DNA of 33,010 bases from Octopus bimaculoides. Taxonomy: Eukaryota. Each line of letters opens with the position of its first letter. Position 1 is the stretch's first letter. The notes below the pieces were generated by a model, which was not told the origin of the DNA, searched no databases, and saw nothing but the letters and a program-made list of their open reading frames with translations. Positions 30,725 through 33,010 of this stretch are shown in pieces. The translations under genes were made by a program, and so were the position numbers. The stretch is taken from assembly GCF_001194135.2 (NCBI RefSeq), contig NC_068991.1, forward strand, positions 77,862,253-77,895,262. Direction: 5' to 3'.

Positions 30725-31185
30725 GTAAGAATCTTAATTTTTTCCCTACACAAACTGTTGCTTTTAATTTTGTTATTCTCAATTTACCATTCCTATATCT
30801 CCAATGTCTGTTTTTCCATGCCAGCATGGGTTAGATGAATATGCTTTTGAGGCATTGTTTTATAACCAAAAACCCTTACCTGCTTTTCTAGTAAGATGTC
30901 TCTTATTCCACCTGTCTTTGAAAATGCAGAACCTTTGGATGATTTTGTTGACGGGAAAAACCATCATCATCCCTTGTTGTTCAGTGATTTTTTTCTTTTC
31001 TTTTGGGAAACGCAAATATCTACAAGAATACAAACATCTACACACACAAACATATACATGTATACATTTTACACATAACTTGTCTGTGTTTTTATGTACA
31101 TATGTATATATTTTTTATATGTATGTGTGTTTGTATGTGTATATATGTATATATATATATTTCTTTATATGTATGTATATGTGTT

Positions 31186-31232
<47 letters not shown>

Positions 31233-31236
<4 letters not shown>

Positions 31237-31481
31237 TCTTTTACTTGTTTCACTCATTTGACTGTGGTCATGCTGGAGCACCACCTTTAGTCGAGCAAAT
31301 CGACCCCAGGACTTATTCTTTGTAAGCCTAGTACTTATTCTATAGGTCTCTTTTGCCAAACCACTAAGTTACGGGGACCTAAACACACCAGCATTAGTTG
31401 TCAAGCAGTGTTGTGGGGACAAACACAGACACATAAACGCACACACACACACACAGANNNNNNNNNNNNNNNNNNNNNNNN

Positions 31482-31516
<35 letters not shown>

Positions 31517-31682
31517 TTATACGACAGGCTTCTTTCAGTTTCCGTCTACCAAATCCACTCACAAGGCTTTGGTCGGCCCGAGGCTATAGTAGAAGACACT
31601 TGCCCAAGGTGTCACACAGTGGGACTGAACCCTTAACCATGTGGTTGGTAAACGAACTGCTTACCACACAGCCACTCCTGAG

Positions 31683-31684
<2 letters not shown>
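31233..31684 (-). mobile_element. SINE family B, full length, young
   Basis: Complete reverse complement from head (GGCTCAGGAGTGGCTGTGTGGTAAG) to tail (GAAACAAGTAAAAGAGTA). CpGs are retained; an internal microsatellite spans the gap at 31458-31481. Confidence 0.9.
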
Positions 31685-31718
<34 letters not shown>

Positions 31719-32308
31719 TGTATGTATATATATATTCCTTTTTTGCATGTCTCACCCAGGCTAGCATGGGAGGTGGACATTAAACGATGATGATGATGAT
31801 GATATATACTCACTGAAATACCTGATGTTGCCCGAGTTAATCACTCAGAGAATTAAAAGTAACATCGCAAAGCTCTTTATTTTTAATTATTTTAAATCTC
31901 TTCGCCTAAAAACACTCAGTGAAATTTTGGACTAAGAACACTTTGTAGACCTTTTTATTTTTCTTCATTTAAGAATATATTTTTGTTTGATATCCAAATT
32001 CCAAATATATGCAAGTTTAATCCTGTAAAAAATCGTACACAAGTTCAAATCTTTTGAATGTCTTTTCAGTTTCTCCTTAACCGTAATCCTTACCCTGACT
32101 CAAAATTGTAATCCTAAGTGCCAATACGAAACCTAAACATTAAATGCTAACGCTCTGGAGAGCGAGAAAGTGCAGGGTATGAAAGACGTAGAGACAGAGA
32201 TAGACAGACAGACAGACAGAGGGCAGAGCAAGAAAGAGCGTGGTATGAAAGATGTGTGTGTGTGTGTATAGTGGTATGAGAGAAAGAGCATGATATGAAA
32301 GATCTTTA

Positions 32309-32339
<31 letters not shown>

Positions 32340-32782
32340 GGAGGAAGGAAGGAATGAGTTTGGTTTAATCGCAAATATAGCTGTTGTAGGATTAAGTTAT
32401 TTCCATTCATGCGTGTAATGTCATAAGTGTATGTGTATACGTGTTAATAGAGTAAACCTTTGATCAAAATCATTCCTTTTCTTAAATGTGACAGCGTGTG
32501 ACATACATGCATACACACACAAACACTGTTTTCATTAGTTGTCATCTGTCTGCTACGACTTGGCTTTGTAAACTGATTGAAAGCCTGCATGTGTGTATCC
32601 CTAGTTGACAGCTGTATTAACATTACTATTCCACTGCCACTCCATATTTGTCGCTTACACAACTCTGTTCTCCCCTTCCCTGATATCAGTCACTCTCCCT
32701 ATGCCACCTCATTTCCCTCACACTAACATTCTTGCACCCTTCTCAGTTTATCCAAAAATAGTCCACCCTACTATTACAATTT

Positions 32783-33010
32783 CATCATCATCATCATCGT
32801 TTAACGTCCGCTTTCCATGCTAGCATGGGTTGGACGATTTGACTGAGGACTGGTGAAACCGGATGGCAACACCAGGCTCCAGTCTGATTTGGCAGAGTTT
32901 CTACAGCTGGATGCCCTTCCTAACGCCAACCACTCAGAGAGTGTAGTGGGTGCTTTTACGTGTCACCCGCACGAAAACGGCCACGCTCGAAATGGTGTCT
33001 TTTATGTGCC
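32783..33010 (-). mobile_element. SINE family C, young, cut by the window edge
   Basis: (CAT)n-CGTTTAACGTCCGCTTTCCATGCTAGCATGGG...CAGCTGGATGCCCTTCCTAACGCCAACCACTC; near-identical to 12062-12284. Confidence 0.85.

Noticed and set aside
30725-33010. Search for PSME4 exon 7 (expected ..VNLFARLA..NIG.IDW..)
   Set aside because: No matching peptide with splice sites was found; it presumably lies beyond the window.
1-33010. CRISPR arrays, rRNA, tRNA genes, prokaryotic operons or defence systems
   Set aside because: None seen. The tRNA-like A/B boxes all belong to SINE heads, and the DNA is clearly intron-containing animal sequence.

Overview
Eukaryotic, AT-rich, microsatellite-dense genomic DNA with six assembly gaps. 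The SINE repertoire and repeat style point to a cephalopod, most likely Octopus (inferred from remembered repeat consensus, not from a search). The only confidently identified host gene is the 5' part of PSME4 (PA200/Blm10 proteasome activator) on the + strand. Six coding exons (19131-30724, 717 nt, 239 codons) splice in frame at canonical GT-AG sites, and the gene runs off the right edge. The upstream 18 kb is a layered transposon graveyard. It holds a CRE-clade RLE retrotransposon relic split at its RPDG motif by a 712-bp hAT-type element, an R4/Dong relic whose endonuclease VVVD codons have expanded into a (GTA)n microsatellite, a 5'-truncated CR1-type LINE carrying a hAT-type MITE, a TTAA-flanked piggyBac-type MITE, an ~880-bp foldback palindrome and many SINEs. 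I found no unambiguous new biological system. The best leads are (i) a CpG-depleted, gene-body-like block at ~8.4-15.7 kb with a candidate terminal exon but no identified gene, (ii) inverted SINE pairs around frame-symmetric PSME4 exons, which could support dsRNA, ADAR editing or circRNA, and (iii) the reconstructable nested CRE/hAT insertion. All alignments were done by eye; no database search was run.
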